DNA of 64,000 bases from Microcoleaceae cyanobacterium (GCA_051652765.1 JBOFUV010000019.1:1-64000); one strand, 5' to 3'. Shown: positions 19,201 to 30,797, counted from the stretch's first letter. Notes: generated by a model from the sequence alone, not told the origin. Numbers and translations: made by a program.

Positions 19201-19690
19201 CTAATCCACGGCTGAAATTGGATATTTTCGAGTTCGATTGGTTTCGAGTTCCTGCTCAATGGCTTTTTGATATGTACTGACAAAATGATTTGGGCCAAAG
19301 TCTTGGGTTTGAGTCAGAAATGCCCACTCTTGACCGAGGTGAGTATATGCTAACTGTCGAATTGTTGGGAGGGGTAGCAGCGGAAATGCATCTCCTAGAT
19401 TGGCAACCCGATAGCTATTCGGGACAAGTCGGCTATGGGCTGCTACAAAGGCTGGATCGCCAACCCGAGGGCTAGCATAGGTATACAACTGCACCTGATT
19501 CTTCAACCCAGGAACTCGAATGGCAATATCCATTGCAGCTAGAGTGGCAAGAGCGGCTCCTAAGCTATGACCAGAAATGTAGCAAGGAACACTAGGACTC
19601 AGGCGTTTAGCAGCTTCAATCACAAGTTCGGCAATTTTGCTGTAGAGGTTGGCAAAGCCTTCATGCACTTTGCCAGAAAACTCGAATGAA
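19201..19690 (-). pseudogene. C-terminal half of a class-3 lipase
   Basis: KVHEGF, GHSLGAALATL, YTYASPRVGD and RVANLGD are present; the N-terminal region and a credible start are absent. Confidence 0.7.
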
Positions 19691-19696
19691 TGTTTG

Positions 19697-19957
19697 TCAT
19701 TGCTTGAAAACGAGAAGTTCAACCATCAAAACAGTCACCAAAAGCAGATTTGAAAATGGATTGAGTCCCAAAATGGCAGCGAATAGGGCGTAATCTACTA
19801 CTAAATTCCGAGTTTTATGATAGCAGCGAGCAATGTTCAAGGGCTGCTGGGGAGGAAGTTGATCCATAAAACAATAGATAGACGGCAATGCCAAATCATC
19901 GTCAAGATCGTGAACGTGGGGTAGGGATTTCGCCCGCGCCGACAAAATGCTGATCAC
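19697..19957 (-). pseudogene. Truncated N-terminal fragment of a DUF697-like membrane protein
   Basis: RNLVVDYALFAAILGLNPF..VELLVFK, then a stop where the lipase fragment begins. Confidence 0.45.
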
Positions 19958-20060
19958 ACATCTTTCAATCTCATAATCTCACAAATCATGACTGACTGAT
20001 ATAGGCCCATCAGCAGGATGACAAGGCCAGCAGAGAGTATGACTCATCACTAGCAGCAAC

Positions 20061-20091
20061 AAAGAACTCCCCAAGAAACCTAGGGAGTTCT
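20061..20091 (-). terminator. Intrinsic terminator downstream of hli
   Basis: AGAACTCCC..GGGAGTTCT hairpin, followed by a short U-run on the - strand. Confidence 0.6.
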
Positions 20092-20150
20092 AACATTTAT
20101 CTATTGCTTACCAAGTTAGAAAGAAACTGGGCAAGCTCTTCCAAAAAAAA

Positions 20151-20294
20151 CTACATCAAGCCAATTTGGTGAAGAATGCCTTGACCAGTCAAAAACTCAG
20201 TAGCAACACCAATTACAAACCCAAGCATTGCCAAGCGACCATTCCAAGTCTCGGCAAAATCAGTAAACCCAAACTTAGTATCTTTAGTTTCCAT
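20151..20294 (-). CDS. hli: High-light-inducible protein (Hlip/Scp), 47 aa
   Basis: FGFTDFAETWNGRLAMLGF CAB motif; ATG at 20294. Confidence 0.95.
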   Translation of the reverse strand: METKDTKFGFTDFAETWNGRLAMLGFVIGVATEFLTGQGILHQIGLM

Positions 20295-20362
20295 GATTGC
20301 GTACTCCTGTATTGTTCGATATTTGATCCAACTACACAAAATTTAACACAATAGTCATAATT

Positions 20363-20380
20363 TTTGCAACATCTCGTAAC
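20363..20380 (-). promoter_or_regulatory. Candidate HLR1 (RpaB) site upstream of hli
   Basis: The - strand reads GTTACGAG-AT-GTTGCAAA, an imperfect (G/T)TTACA(T/A)(T/A) direct repeat with 2-nt spacing. Confidence 0.45.
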
Positions 20381-20453
20381 ATTTTCTTGACGACTGCTCT
20401 TGATAACTGCTGCTTGAGATGGAAGAAACTTGTACAAATTAGGCTTATTCAGC

Positions 20454-20487
20454 AAAAACTTAGGGGCATTGCACGCAACACCCCTAC
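20454..20487 (-). terminator. Hairpin/terminator downstream of groEL2
   Basis: The - strand reads GTAGGGGTGTTGC-GT-GCAATGCCCCTA followed by a T-run. Confidence 0.6.
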
Positions 20488-20528
20488 AAATTGCGGTTTA
20501 GGTTAAGAGGAATTTTGGGCAAAGGCAG

Positions 20529-22211
20529 TTACATCATACCCATACCGCCCATACCGCCCATGCCACCCATGCCACCCATGCCGCCCATACCGCCCATGCC
20601 ACCCATGCCATCCATATCTGGCATCGGAGCTTTCTTCTCAGGCTTCTCAACGACTAAGGCTTCAGTCGTCAGCACCATACCTGCGATAGACCCTGCATTT
20701 TGCAATCCAGAGCGGACTACTTTTGCTGGATCAACAATCCCAGCGGCAATCATGTCTTCATAGATTCCGGTGAGAGCGTTATAACCAATGTTGAACTCGG
20801 TGTTCCGGACTTTTTCAACGACTACAGAGCCCTCTGCTCCGGCATTATCCGCGATCTGACGCAAAGGAGCTTCGAGAGCTTTAGCAACGATGTTGGCTCC
20901 AATTTGTTCTTCAGCATCTAGGTGCTGCTTGAACTCCTCAATCTTTTTCGCCAAGTGAATCAAGGTTGTGCCACCACCCGGAACAATCCCTTCATCAACA
21001 GCGGCTTTAGTGGCATTGAGGGCATCTTCAATCCGGAGCTTGCGGGACTTTAGCTCTGTTTCCGTAGGTGCGCCGACTTTAATCACCGCAACGCCTCCGG
21101 CCAGTTTGGCAATGCGTTCTTGGAGTTTTTCCCGGTCGTAGTCAGAATCGGTTTCCTCTAGTTGTCGCCGCAGTTGAGCAACCCGTGTTTCCACTTCAGC
21201 TTTATGGTCAGTCCCGGCCACGATGGTGGTATTGTCTTTTTCAATCGTGATCTTGTCTGCTGTTCCTAGCATTTCCAGGGAAACTCCATCCAAGCTCAAG
21301 CCAATTTCCTCGGAAATCAGTTGACCTCCAGTCAGGATAGCAATATCTTGCAGCATGGCCTTGCGGCGATCGCCAAATCCAGGCGCTTTAATGGCTGCGG
21401 CATTGAGCACGCCCCTAGCTTTATTCACCACCAAAGTGGCTAAAGCTTCTCCATCCACATCTTCAGCAATAATCAAGAGGGGTTGACCGGCGCGGGCAAT
21501 TTTCTCTAGGACAGACACCAAATCTTGAATACTGCTAATTTTTTTGTCTGTAATCAGAACCTTGGCATTGTCATAGGCCACCACCATCCGATCATTGTCG
21601 GTAATGAAGTAGGGAGAAATGTAACCGCGATCAATCTGCATCCCTTCTACAACATCAAGCTCAGTCGAAAGGGATTTAGATTCTTCTACGGTAATCACCC
21701 CGTCTTTGGTGACTTTTGCCATAGCTTCGGAGATCATTTGGCCGATTTCTTCATCGTTCCCAGCAGAAATCGTTGCAACCTGGGCGATCGCAGTTCCCTC
21801 TACAGGTTTGGCAATGGCCTCAATTTCTTGTACCAGTAGATTAATCGTCTTTTCAATTCCTCGACGCAGAGCAACTGGATTAGCGCCTGCGGCAACATTC
21901 TTGAGACCTTCCTGAACCATTGCCTGGGTCAAGATTGCCGCTGTTGTGGTTCCATCTCCTGCAATATCGTTCGTTTTGGACGTAACTTCTTGGATTAGTC
22001 TGGCCCCTGTGTTCTCCAAAGGGTTCGATAACTCAATTTCTTTGATGACGGTGAGTCCATCATTGACAATGCTGGGCGCACCAAATTTTTTCTCCAACAG
22101 TACGTTTCGTCCCTTCGGCCCGAGAGTGACACGAACAGCATCAACAGTGGCGTTGATTCCCCTCTCTAAGGCTCGCCGTGACTCTTCATTAAACGCAACG
22201 ATTTTAGCCAT
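20529..22211 (-). CDS. groEL2: Chaperonin GroEL2 (no adjacent groES; C-terminal GGM repeats)
   Basis: [16 protein letters not shown] and [10 protein letters not shown] motifs; (GGM)7 tail. Confidence 0.97.
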   Translation of the reverse strand: MAKIVAFNEESRRALERGINATVDAVRVTLGPKGRNVLLEKKFGAPSIVNDGLTVIKEIELSNPLENTGARLIQEVTSKTNDIAGDGTTTAAILTQAMVQEGLKNVAAGANPVALRRGIEKTINLLVQEIEAIAKPVEGTAIAQVATISAGNDEEIGQMISEAMAKVTKDGVITVEESKSLSTELDVVEGMQIDRGYISPYFITDNDRMVVAYDNAKVLITDKKISSIQDLVSVLEKIARAGQPLLIIAEDVDGEALATLVVNKARGVLNAAAIKAPGFGDRRKAMLQDIAILTGGQLISEEIGLSLDGVSLEMLGTADKITIEKDNTTIVAGTDHKAEVETRVAQLRRQLEETDSDYDREKLQERIAKLAGGVAVIKVGAPTETELKSRKLRIEDALNATKAAVDEGIVPGGGTTLIHLAKKIEEFKQHLDAEEQIGANIVAKALEAPLRQIADNAGAEGSVVVEKVRNTEFNIGYNALTGIYEDMIAAGIVDPAKVVRSGLQNAGSIAGMVLTTEALVVEKPEKKAPMPDMDGMGGMGGMGGMGGMGGMGGMGGMGMM

Positions 22212-22243
22212 ACGATTATCACTAGCTCATTCAATTTGTCAAT

Positions 22244-22270
22244 TTAGCACTCTTAGGTTCAGAGTGCTAA
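22244..22270. promoter_or_regulatory. CIRCE element (HrcA operator)
   Basis: Perfect TTAGCACTC-N9-GAGTGCTAA upstream of groEL2. Confidence 0.97.
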
Positions 22271-22397
22271 TTCGTAGAAACCGTACCCCGTTCGAATGGA
22301 CTGACTGAAGCGGTTACTGAGTAAGGGTAGAAGTTTAGGATGGATTTGTTAAGATAGTTTAAGAATCCTCCCTGTCAGTGAGTAGAGACCCCAACGA

Positions 22398-22652
22398 ATG
22401 GCTAAGAAAGTTGAACTCGATAGCCCAACCATTGATCGCATTGTTGAGATGGCTTGGGAAGATCGCACCCCGTTTGAAGCGATTGAACTTCAATTTAATC
22501 TCAAGGAGAAAGACGTAATTGCCCTCATGCGTCAAGAGATGAAGCCTTCCAGTTTTCAGATGTGGCGCAAGCGGGTAACAAGGCGCTCCACCAAGCACCT
22601 GCTGAAACGCGGCTTTATTGAAGGTCGGTTTCGGTCAAGCAATCAGAACTAG
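22398..22652 (+). CDS. TIGR03643/DUF2805-family protein
   Basis: RIVEMAWEDRTPFEAIELQF..SSFQMWRKRV signature. Confidence 0.88.
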   Translation: MAKKVELDSPTIDRIVEMAWEDRTPFEAIELQFNLKEKDVIALMRQEMKPSSFQMWRKRVTRRSTKHLLKRGFIEGRFRSSNQN

Positions 22653-22699
22653 TGACGGGTTAAGTGACAGGTTAATTGACGGGTTAAGTGACAGGTTGA
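22652..22699. repeat. Tandem repeat, 12 bp x4 (GTGACRGGTTAA)
   Basis: Starts at the stop codon of the upstream gene. Confidence 0.9.
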
Positions 22700-22832
22700 T
22701 TTTCTCATCGAACCGCAACGCCGTTACTGGGCGTTTCACTATCCGGTCATTCCCGACACCGCAAGAAGTCGTGTCCTCGCCACCTGTTTAGGTTGTTTAG
22801 CAGTCTCGAATCGACCCAGGATTGAGTCTGTA

Positions 22833-23588
22833 TCAACGTCTCACGCCCAGCCAGTAAAGTCCCAATACCCCGAGCCCAACCAATAAATTGGGTTCTGGAA
22901 CGGAAGGCCCATCTGGCTGTTGAGGAACGATAGACAACTTTGCATACAGAAGCGCACTGACGGTTGCTTCCTCTGGCAGAATAAACTGACTCAAGATTGT
23001 ATTGCCTGCATCACTGGAGAACCCAGCCAGTTCCAGGGTGTATTCGATGCCATCAAAGTTGAAGGTGTTGGTGGTTGAGCCATCGGTGACAAAACTGAGT
23101 TGATCGGCATCCAGGACTGGATCGCCTTGGTTCACTGTTTGCAGCAGACTGAACTGATAATTAAAAGTATCCGTCGCCGTCAAGGGCGTGGAAAAAGATA
23201 GCACGATCGCCAACGGAAAGTTACTCGCGTTTAGGTTATGGCTCCCGGAAAATACTTCGCCATTGCGGTACTCTAGCTGACCCAAGGGAAAAAGCTGATC
23301 AATTTCGGCGGTAAAGTTAGAACTGTCATACTGTAAATAGTTTTCAAATGAACCTGGAGTAGGATCTCCCCAGGTAATCCGGTTGTTTGTTCCAGCATTT
23401 TCACTGGATAAAACAGCACCAAATGTTCCTGCAGGAAGTTGCAATGATCCTGAAGAATTACCGACAAAAGTAGTCGCAGTTGCTGGATTGCCTGACCCCA
23501 GAACAGTAGAAGCTGCAACAACCCAGAGAAGATCTCTGACCTTAAAACTTCTGATCTTAAAATTTTTATGCTTAGATCGAACCCACAT
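22833..23588 (-). CDS. PEP-CTERM protein (choice-of-anchor K-like domain)
   Basis: Signal peptide; ITWGDP..FPLGQLEYRNG; C-terminal VPEP followed by a TM and RR. Confidence 0.85.
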   Translation of the reverse strand: MWVRSKHKNFKIRSFKVRDLLWVVAASTVLGSGNPATATTFVGNSSGSLQLPAGTFGAVLSSENAGTNNRITWGDPTPGSFENYLQYDSSNFTAEIDQLFPLGQLEYRNGEVFSGSHNLNASNFPLAIVLSFSTPLTATDTFNYQFSLLQTVNQGDPVLDADQLSFVTDGSTTNTFNFDGIEYTLELAGFSSDAGNTILSQFILPEEATVSALLYAKLSIVPQQPDGPSVPEPNLLVGLGVLGLYWLGVRR

Positions 23589-23828
23589 AAACAGACTTTC
23601 AGTGGCTGATTTGTGTTTAAAGTATAACATCGGCTTTCAACTGATATTTTACCATTGGCCTAACCTTTTTGAACTGAACTTAAACATCTGAATCCCATTC
23701 AAATCCAGCAAAATCTGTTAGCCAGTCAAGATGGCGAGAATAGTAAAAGTACTTAAGTACAGGGGTACAGTTTTCTCTCACAGTTGGTTTTGTCTATTAG
23801 CTTAACCTTTGAGCAAAAGGAATTGACC

Positions 23829-25139
23829 ATGATTATTTCTAACGAGCAGATGAATAGGACATGGCTGAAAAATATTAGCTTGGCGATCGCCACCCTACTT
23901 CTTGTGATTGGATTGACCCATGCTCTTGTCCTTAGCCAGCAACCGATCACCATTAGATTTTTGCTTCAAGCTGGAGAGGCAGTACAGTTAGCAACCATTG
24001 CCGAAGATTTTAATCTCAAACATCCCAATATCATCCTTGAAATTGTCAAAGGCCCGCATAATACCAACTTAATTGAGGATCTCTATACTTCCGCATTTCT
24101 ATTAGGAGATTCTCCCTATGACTTGGTCTATATAGATATCGTCTGGGTGCAAAAATTTGCAGCCGCAGGTTGGTTAGAGGATCTATCCCCCCGTTTAAAG
24201 CAATCAGATTTAACTCCATACTTAGAGGCTGCAATTCAAGGTGGAAAATATCAGGGGAAACTCTATCGAATGCCGTTGAGAACGGATGGAGGAATGCTAT
24301 ATTATCGTACAGATTTTTTAGAAAAAATTGGAGCTAGTCCCCCTGCAACTTTTCAAGATTTAATTCAGATTTCTCAACAATTACAGCAGGAAAATATTGC
24401 GAAGTGGGGCTATGTTTGGCAAGGAAAACAATATGAAGGACTTGCAGCCATGTTCACCGAAATTTTGCAGGGATACGGTGGATTCTGGATTAATCCTAAC
24501 ACCAAAGCGGTTGGATTAGATGCTCCAGAAGCGATCGCTGCCGTCCAATTTCTACAAAAAACTATTGAACTAGGGATTTCACCAGCGGATGTGACCACTT
24601 ATTCAGAAGAAGAAACTCGCCTGCTATTTGAAAATGGGGAGACCGCTTTTCTGAGAAATTGGCCCTATGTTGTACCCCTTGCCAGTCAGTCTGAAATTGC
24701 TGGACAATTTGCCATTAAGCCAATGGTTCATGCCCTTGGGTTAGAAAGTGGAGCTTGTTTAGGAGGATGGGGTTTTGGCATCTCGTCTAGCTCCAAATAC
24801 AAAGACGCAGCTTGGACAGTGATTCAATATTTCAATCAACCCAGTATTCAACGAGAGTATTTTTTGAAAACAGGGTATGTTCCAGCTCAAACTTGGCTGT
24901 TTACTGATCCTAAACTGGTGAGCAAATATCCTCACTATCCCGATCTCTTAAAAGTAGTTGAAACTGCTGTTTTACGCCCTCCTATCGCTCAATATGCCCA
25001 GGCTTCTGATATTTTACAACGTTATTTGAGTGCTGCTCTTACCGGGGTAAAGTCTCCGGAAATTGCTATGAAACTTGCGGCTCAAGAAACTCGTTCTTTG
25101 CTGGGTGGAGAACTCCGAAAACGGGATTGGGAACGATAA
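23829..25139 (+). CDS. Carbohydrate ABC transporter substrate-binding protein
   Basis: DIVWVQKFAAAGWL, GYVWQGKQYEGL and FLRNWPY motifs. Confidence 0.92.
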   Translation: MIISNEQMNRTWLKNISLAIATLLLVIGLTHALVLSQQPITIRFLLQAGEAVQLATIAEDFNLKHPNIILEIVKGPHNTNLIEDLYTSAFLLGDSPYDLVYIDIVWVQKFAAAGWLEDLSPRLKQSDLTPYLEAAIQGGKYQGKLYRMPLRTDGGMLYYRTDFLEKIGASPPATFQDLIQISQQLQQENIAKWGYVWQGKQYEGLAAMFTEILQGYGGFWINPNTKAVGLDAPEAIAAVQFLQKTIELGISPADVTTYSEEETRLLFENGETAFLRNWPYVVPLASQSEIAGQFAIKPMVHALGLESGACLGGWGFGISSSSKYKDAAWTVIQYFNQPSIQREYFLKTGYVPAQTWLFTDPKLVSKYPHYPDLLKVVETAVLRPPIAQYAQASDILQRYLSAALTGVKSPEIAMKLAAQETRSLLGGELRKRDWER

Positions 25140-25178
25140 GAAATTAAGGCTACAACATTAAGACTATAGCAACTCTAA

Positions 25179-26093
25179 ATGATCATGAAACTGACCACGA
25201 TTAAACAGCAAGAAAAACGAGTTGGGTGGTTCCTGATTACTCCCGCTTTATTACTGTTAGCTTTGGTATTTGTTTATCCAATTGGACGGGCATTTTGGCT
25301 TAGTTTATTGACTAAAAATCTAGGAACCAACCTTCATCCTATGTTTTCTGGTCTCAGCAATTATTCCCGGTTGCTGGGAGATGGTCGCTTCTGGCAAAGT
25401 TTGTGGAATACTTCTGTCTTCACGGGAATTTCGATTCCCTTAGAACTGGTTTTAGGGATGGCGATCGCGCTAATTCTCCAGCAAAGTTTTCGAGGTCGCG
25501 GCTTGGTCAGAACTGCCGTATTAATTCCTTGGGCCTTGCCAACAGCAGTGATGGGATTAGCTTGGGCCTGGATTTTTAACGGTCAATATGGAGTCGTGAA
25601 TGACCTGCTTCAACGGTTCGGTTTAATTACAACCAATATCACTTGGCTAGGGGAACCCACTCGGGCAATGTTTGCCTTAATTGTGGCAGAAGTTTGGAAA
25701 ACAACTCCTTTTATTGCCATTATTTTACTGGCTGGACTACAATCAATTCCTCAAGATTTGTATGAAGCTTATGCCATTGATGGAGCAACGTCTTGGCAGA
25801 GCTTTCAGAAGATTACTTTGCCTTTACTCGCGCCACAAATTATGATTGTTTTATTGTTTCGATTTTCCCAAGCTTTTGGAGTTTTTGATCTGGTTCAAGT
25901 GATGACAGGAGGAGGCCCTGCTGGAGCAACAGAAACCATCTCAATTTACATCTACGCCACTATTCGACGCTATCTAGATTTTGGTTATGGAGCATCCTTG
26001 GTGGTTGTGACTTTTTTATTGTTAGTTACGGTCGTTGCGATCGCGACATTTTTGTTCTCAAACAGTCAATTTAATCGGATTGGAGAGTCATAA
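25179..26093 (+). CDS. Carbohydrate ABC permease
   Basis: WKTTPF..LAGLQSIPQDLYEAYAIDGA (EAA loop). Confidence 0.93.
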   Translation: MIMKLTTIKQQEKRVGWFLITPALLLLALVFVYPIGRAFWLSLLTKNLGTNLHPMFSGLSNYSRLLGDGRFWQSLWNTSVFTGISIPLELVLGMAIALILQQSFRGRGLVRTAVLIPWALPTAVMGLAWAWIFNGQYGVVNDLLQRFGLITTNITWLGEPTRAMFALIVAEVWKTTPFIAIILLAGLQSIPQDLYEAYAIDGATSWQSFQKITLPLLAPQIMIVLLFRFSQAFGVFDLVQVMTGGGPAGATETISIYIYATIRRYLDFGYGASLVVVTFLLLVTVVAIATFLFSNSQFNRIGES

Positions 26094-26096
26094 CGA

Positions 26097-26981
26097 ATGA
26101 CAGCACCTGAAGATCTACCTGCAAATTCATCTGCATCAAACCGAAAGGTATTTGTTCATCTCCAGCAAATCTTGCTGGGGTTTGGGGTTGGATTAATCCT
26201 TGTTTTCTGCTTGGCTCCTGTATTGTGGCAAGTGTTGACTTCTTTGAAAATCAATGCTGCGATCTCGTCAATTCCTAGTGTTTATTGGCCTAGTCCCAGC
26301 CAACTTACGTTAAAACACTATGGGGCTTTAGGTGCTCCGTTTATCCGCTATGTGTTTAATAGTACGATTGTTGCTTTAGTCTCTACTGGGCTTTGCCTCA
26401 CCATCGGGGCTCCTGCTGCCTATGCTTTGGCTCGGTTGAAGCTGCCTGGAGAAACTGTGATTTTAAGCTTTATTTTAGTCGTTAGTTTATTTCCTTATGT
26501 TCTATTGTTTTTGGGGCTACTAGAAGTAATTAAAGCAGTTGGCTTAGGGAATAATTATCTGGCTCTAATTATTCCCTATACCGCCATTAATTTGCCGTTG
26601 ACAATTTTAGTTTTACGGAGCTTTTTTCAGCAGTTGCCGAAGGATTTAGAAGACTCTGCCAAGATTGATGGCTATAATATGGTCTCCATGCTATTGAATA
26701 TCGTGCTGCCAATGACTGTTCCTGTCCTGGTAACGACTGGGATTTTGACCTTTATTTTTGCCTGGAATGAATTTATTTTTGCCTTGACCTTTATTACCCG
26801 AGAAGCGCTTTATACTATTCCTGTCGCTGTGGCTCAGCTCGGGGGGTCATCCGTTTATGAAATTCCCTATGGGCCGATTGCTGCTGCAACAGTTGTAGGA
26901 ACTTTACCACTCGTTCTTCTGGTACTATTTTTTCAGCGACGCATTGTTCAGGGAATCACAGCGGGAGCCGTTAAAGGTTAG
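26097..26981 (+). CDS. Carbohydrate ABC permease
   Basis: FFQQLPKDLEDSAKIDG, FIFAWNEF and GITAGAVKG motifs. Confidence 0.93.
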   Translation: MTAPEDLPANSSASNRKVFVHLQQILLGFGVGLILVFCLAPVLWQVLTSLKINAAISSIPSVYWPSPSQLTLKHYGALGAPFIRYVFNSTIVALVSTGLCLTIGAPAAYALARLKLPGETVILSFILVVSLFPYVLLFLGLLEVIKAVGLGNNYLALIIPYTAINLPLTILVLRSFFQQLPKDLEDSAKIDGYNMVSMLLNIVLPMTVPVLVTTGILTFIFAWNEFIFALTFITREALYTIPVAVAQLGGSSVYEIPYGPIAAATVVGTLPLVLLVLFFQRRIVQGITAGAVKG

Positions 26982-27034
26982 GGGGTATCCAGCGTGAACT
27001 TGAACACCCAGAAGTCCTGTTGGAAAGGTCAATT

Positions 27035-28105
27035 ATGGCTCAGCTTACCCTCAAAAATCTACGCAAACAGTTTGCTCACACGATTATTCCTGTCAAAGAC
27101 ATTAGCTTCATGGTGAACGACGGGGAATTTTTGACGTTACTGGGCCCCTCTGGTTGTGGCAAATCTACGTTGCTTAGACTGATTGCCGGTTTGGATCAAC
27201 CAAGCCAGGGAACTGTAATGATTGGCGATCGCGACGTGACGGCTTTACCCCCTGGAAAACGCAATATTGCCATGGTCTTCCAGAGTTATGCCCTCTATCC
27301 CCACATGACGGTGGTTGAAAATATTGTGGCGGCCTTGAAACTTCGTAAAATTTCACCGGATGAAATTGAACGGCGGGTCAGGGATGTCACCCGTCGCCTG
27401 GAGTTAGACCATTTGCTCAACCGCAAGCCTGCTCAGCTTTCAGGGGGACAACGTCAGCGGGTTGCCCTAGCGCGATCGCTAGTGCGGAAACCAGATGTGT
27501 TTTTATTGGATGAACCCTTAAGTAATCTAGATGCCCTGCTGCGGGAACAGGTTCGGGCTGATCTCAAACAACTGTTTGAATCTCAACAAAGACCTGTTGT
27601 CTACGTCACCCATGACCAAACAGAAGCAATGACCCTTTCGAGCAAAATTGCTGTACTCTACGATGGCTATTTACAGCAACTGGCCTCTCCCCATGAAATT
27701 TATACCCGGCCTGCAAACCAATTCGTTGCTGGGTTCGTTGGCAGTCCTCGGATGAATTTATTAACGCTCGATTGTCAAGGAAACTATGCACTTTTGGGGG
27801 AGTACAAAGTTGTGCTACCCACCCTGAGCATCAGTCCTACAAAGATTGTCTTGGGAATTCGCCCTGAAGCGATCTGTTTGGGAGATAGGGAAGGCTCGCG
27901 CACCATTCAGGGTCAGGTTTTCCTAATTGAAGATCTGGGCAAGGAAAAGCTACTCAGTATTCACATCAACAACTCTGAACAAACCCTGCGAGCAACGGTT
28001 CCAAACAGTGCAACTTGGAGTGACCCAATCACCCTGTCACTCCCACGCAGGGAAATGCATTGGTTCAATGCAGAAACAGGAGAGCGTCTCGGAAAAGCTC
28101 CCTAA
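27035..28105 (+). CDS. Carbohydrate ABC ATPase (MalK-like)
   Basis: [27 protein letters not shown] and VTHDQ motifs. Confidence 0.95.
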   Translation: MAQLTLKNLRKQFAHTIIPVKDISFMVNDGEFLTLLGPSGCGKSTLLRLIAGLDQPSQGTVMIGDRDVTALPPGKRNIAMVFQSYALYPHMTVVENIVAALKLRKISPDEIERRVRDVTRRLELDHLLNRKPAQLSGGQRQRVALARSLVRKPDVFLLDEPLSNLDALLREQVRADLKQLFESQQRPVVYVTHDQTEAMTLSSKIAVLYDGYLQQLASPHEIYTRPANQFVAGFVGSPRMNLLTLDCQGNYALLGEYKVVLPTLSISPTKIVLGIRPEAICLGDREGSRTIQGQVFLIEDLGKEKLLSIHINNSEQTLRATVPNSATWSDPITLSLPRREMHWFNAETGERLGKAP

Positions 28106-29268
28106 AGTAAGCCGATGAAATGCAGAGGGCCATTACCCGTGAACAGTTCCAATAGTAAAGCCATAATGCCGACCATTGCTAAACGACCATTCCAGACCTC
28201 AGCCGTTGTTGTCAAACCCCATTCCCAGCGCTCTTGAGGGTACAGTTTTACCTTCCTCTTACCTTCTGGAACCACCTCAGTAAACGTTACACTTGGGGCA
28301 TCTAAAGCGTCTAGGACAATATCTGCAAGATTGTCAATAAAGGTAGGGTGGGTATTCAGGGCTGGAACCCGATGAAAGTGCTTAATCCCAGACTCTTCCG
28401 CCAATTCTCGATATTCCATATCGATTTCTTCTAGGGTTTCGATATGTTCGGAAACAAAGCTAACCGGCACAACCAGTAACTCTTCAACCCCTTGTTTGGC
28501 TAGCTCAGGAATGGCCTCTTCTGTGTAGGGCTTGAGCCACTCTACTGGGCCCACTCGACTTTGATAAGCCAGAGTATGAGGGTTAGGACGGTTCAGAGTC
28601 TGCATAATTAACTCCGTGCAGTGCTCAATCTCTCGCTGATAGGGATCACCCGCCTCGGTAACATAATTCAAGGGAACACCATGGGCGCTAAAGAAAACAT
28701 GAACTTGATCAGGAGCTTCACAATGATCCAATTCCTGCTCAATCAGTTGGGTCATTGCGCGCAAATAGCCGGGACGATGATACCAGGAAGGAATGACCGT
28801 ATAGTCAATCTGTTGGAGAGCCGGATCTTCCTCCCACAGACGATTTAGCAATCGAAAACTAGAACCACTGGTGCTAATAGAAAACTGAGGGTACAAAGGA
28901 AGAATCACAAGCCGATCGACTTTGTCTCGCTTAATCTTTGCCAGGGCTTCCTCTGTAAAAGGATGCCAGTACCGCATTCCTACATAAATTTGTGCCTCTT
29001 GGCCTCTCTCTTGTAAGCGCTTTTGCAAGGCGACAGCCTGTTCATCAGTGATCCGTCTTAGGGGCGAACCTCCCCCAATCGCCTTGTAATTTTCTTGGGA
29101 CTTGTTGTAACGCAAGCTTGAAATTAACCATGCTAACGGCTTCTGCAACCAAGAAACGGGCAGACGAATGATCTCTGGGTCGGAGAACAGGTTATAAAGA
29201 AAGGGGCGGACATCTTCTATCTGTTCTGGCCCACCCAGATTCAGTAGTAAAACTCCAACTTGTCCCAT
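28102..29268 (-). CDS. hemH: Ferrochelatase with C-terminal CAB domain
   Basis: [24 protein letters not shown] and SEHIETLEE motifs; CAB motif [10 protein letters not shown]. Confidence 0.97.
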   Translation of the reverse strand: MGQVGVLLLNLGGPEQIEDVRPFLYNLFSDPEIIRLPVSWLQKPLAWLISSLRYNKSQENYKAIGGGSPLRRITDEQAVALQKRLQERGQEAQIYVGMRYWHPFTEEALAKIKRDKVDRLVILPLYPQFSISTSGSSFRLLNRLWEEDPALQQIDYTVIPSWYHRPGYLRAMTQLIEQELDHCEAPDQVHVFFSAHGVPLNYVTEAGDPYQREIEHCTELIMQTLNRPNPHTLAYQSRVGPVEWLKPYTEEAIPELAKQGVEELLVVPVSFVSEHIETLEEIDMEYRELAEESGIKHFHRVPALNTHPTFIDNLADIVLDALDAPSVTFTEVVPEGKRKVKLYPQERWEWGLTTTAEVWNGRLAMVGIMALLLELFTGNGPLHFIGLL

Positions 29269-29542
29269 AATGATCACAAATTTCTAAGCTTTAATAATCT
29301 TTACCTATTTTAATAATAATATCGTGTTCAACATCCAAAGTCGAGTGTTGAATCAATAAATATTTCGAAGTGACAACAATTCCTAGTCCTTCAAGCTAGC
29401 AGCCTGAGGAACTCTAGACATTGGTTCTCGCCTAGCTGCCTGTGGAGACGGTTTATCAGCAAAAGATCGAGCAGCGAACCGTTTGGAATTGCCTAAATCA
29501 TCAGGATGTGATTTACGGGTAACACCGGAGTAGGCTGGCATG

Positions 29543-30454
29543 TTAAATTCTAGAACGACGTTTGACCCAACGGGCGATCGCCCCCAAACTCAAGAGCCCC
29601 ATTCCTCCAGCTAGGGGATTCTGATCAATTCCTGTGATCCACTCTGGCATGTTTTCAGTGTAGTCAATCAGGTTTCCCACATTTACACTGTAGTAGCCCC
29701 AAATGAGTCCAGCATGTAGACCTATCGGAAAACTCAAATTTCCTGAATTACGGGTCAGTGAATTAGGATTTAGTGGATTAGGGTTGAATGGATTAAACGT
29801 TAGCAGCCTTGATTCTTGCTGGTCTTCAGGGCTCCAAACGATGTATTTCCCCCAGACAAAAATCAATCCAAGTAAGACCAACCCTGGAAATTCAGGCCAA
29901 GTTCGCTGAATTTCGGCGAACGGTTTAATAAAGTGCAATCCAGCATAGATTAAGCTGCTGATCCAGAGGGACATTTGAAATGAATAGTCGCGGCTTAACT
30001 CATTGAATAACCACCCTCGAAATAATAATTCCTCAGCAAATCCAAGGCCGAGAGCAACTAATAATCCCTCTCCCAAAATTCTCCAGAATTTTTCTGTGGG
30101 CATTTGCCAGATCAACCCACCCAAGATACTTGTTAAGCCAAAGAGCAAAAAAATACTAGAAACCCCAAACACCAGACCTCGAGAAAGACTTTTAAAGCTT
30201 TGACGATCAAATTTCAAGCCATAATAACGCAACAAGTTTGGCTGTTGATAGACGCGCTTTCCCCAGAATTGAATTAGCACAATAAATTCGGAATACAGCA
30301 ATACCAACGTCAGAATACTGGTTAAATTTGGGTCTGGGTTCAATAGATAAATCGGAATTGCAAACGGCAGCCAAATCGCCAGTAGCACCAACACAAAAGT
30401 AGCCATCCGGACTGGAGTTGGATAGCTAATCACTTTAGACAAATAATCGAACAT
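29543..30454 (-). CDS. CPBP/CAAX intramembrane metalloprotease
   Basis: EELLFRG, YAGLH and IGLHAG motifs. Confidence 0.9.
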   Translation of the reverse strand: MFDYLSKVISYPTPVRMATFVLVLLAIWLPFAIPIYLLNPDPNLTSILTLVLLYSEFIVLIQFWGKRVYQQPNLLRYYGLKFDRQSFKSLSRGLVFGVSSIFLLFGLTSILGGLIWQMPTEKFWRILGEGLLVALGLGFAEELLFRGWLFNELSRDYSFQMSLWISSLIYAGLHFIKPFAEIQRTWPEFPGLVLLGLIFVWGKYIVWSPEDQQESRLLTFNPFNPNPLNPNSLTRNSGNLSFPIGLHAGLIWGYYSVNVGNLIDYTENMPEWITGIDQNPLAGGMGLLSLGAIARWVKRRSRI

Positions 30455-30456
30455 TT

Positions 30457-30738
30457 CTACTCGTCCGGTTCAATTGTGCTCGTTAACCCATGGTTATTCA
30501 GCGTTTCACAATAGAACTCGGCATGTTCCTGGGCACAGGTAATCACCAAAGCAAGACCGTTGGTGTGAGCTTCCATCATAATGCTGACGGCTTGAGGCTG
30601 GGTCAAACCTGGCACGGTTTGGATCAAGGTCTGAACTACATACTCCATCGTGTTAAAGTCATCGTTATGCAGCAACACACGGTAGAGGGGGGCGAGCTTT
30701 CGGACTGTTGAACGCTTCTCTAAAGTCTCGACAGACAC
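30457..30738 (-). CDS. clpS: Clp protease adaptor ClpS
   Basis: YRVLLHNDDFNTMEYVV and MMEAHTNG motifs. Confidence 0.95.
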   Translation of the reverse strand: MSVETLEKRSTVRKLAPLYRVLLHNDDFNTMEYVVQTLIQTVPGLTQPQAVSIMMEAHTNGLALVITCAQEHAEFYCETLNNHGLTSTIEPDE

Positions 30739-30797
30739 GATTCTCTCTCCTTAGCTAAATCTATAGGTAGACAAAAAATTACTGAGTAACTCATATC

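Noticed and set aside
20491..20763. PPM-repeat ORF
   Set aside because: Antisense of the groEL2 GGM tail.
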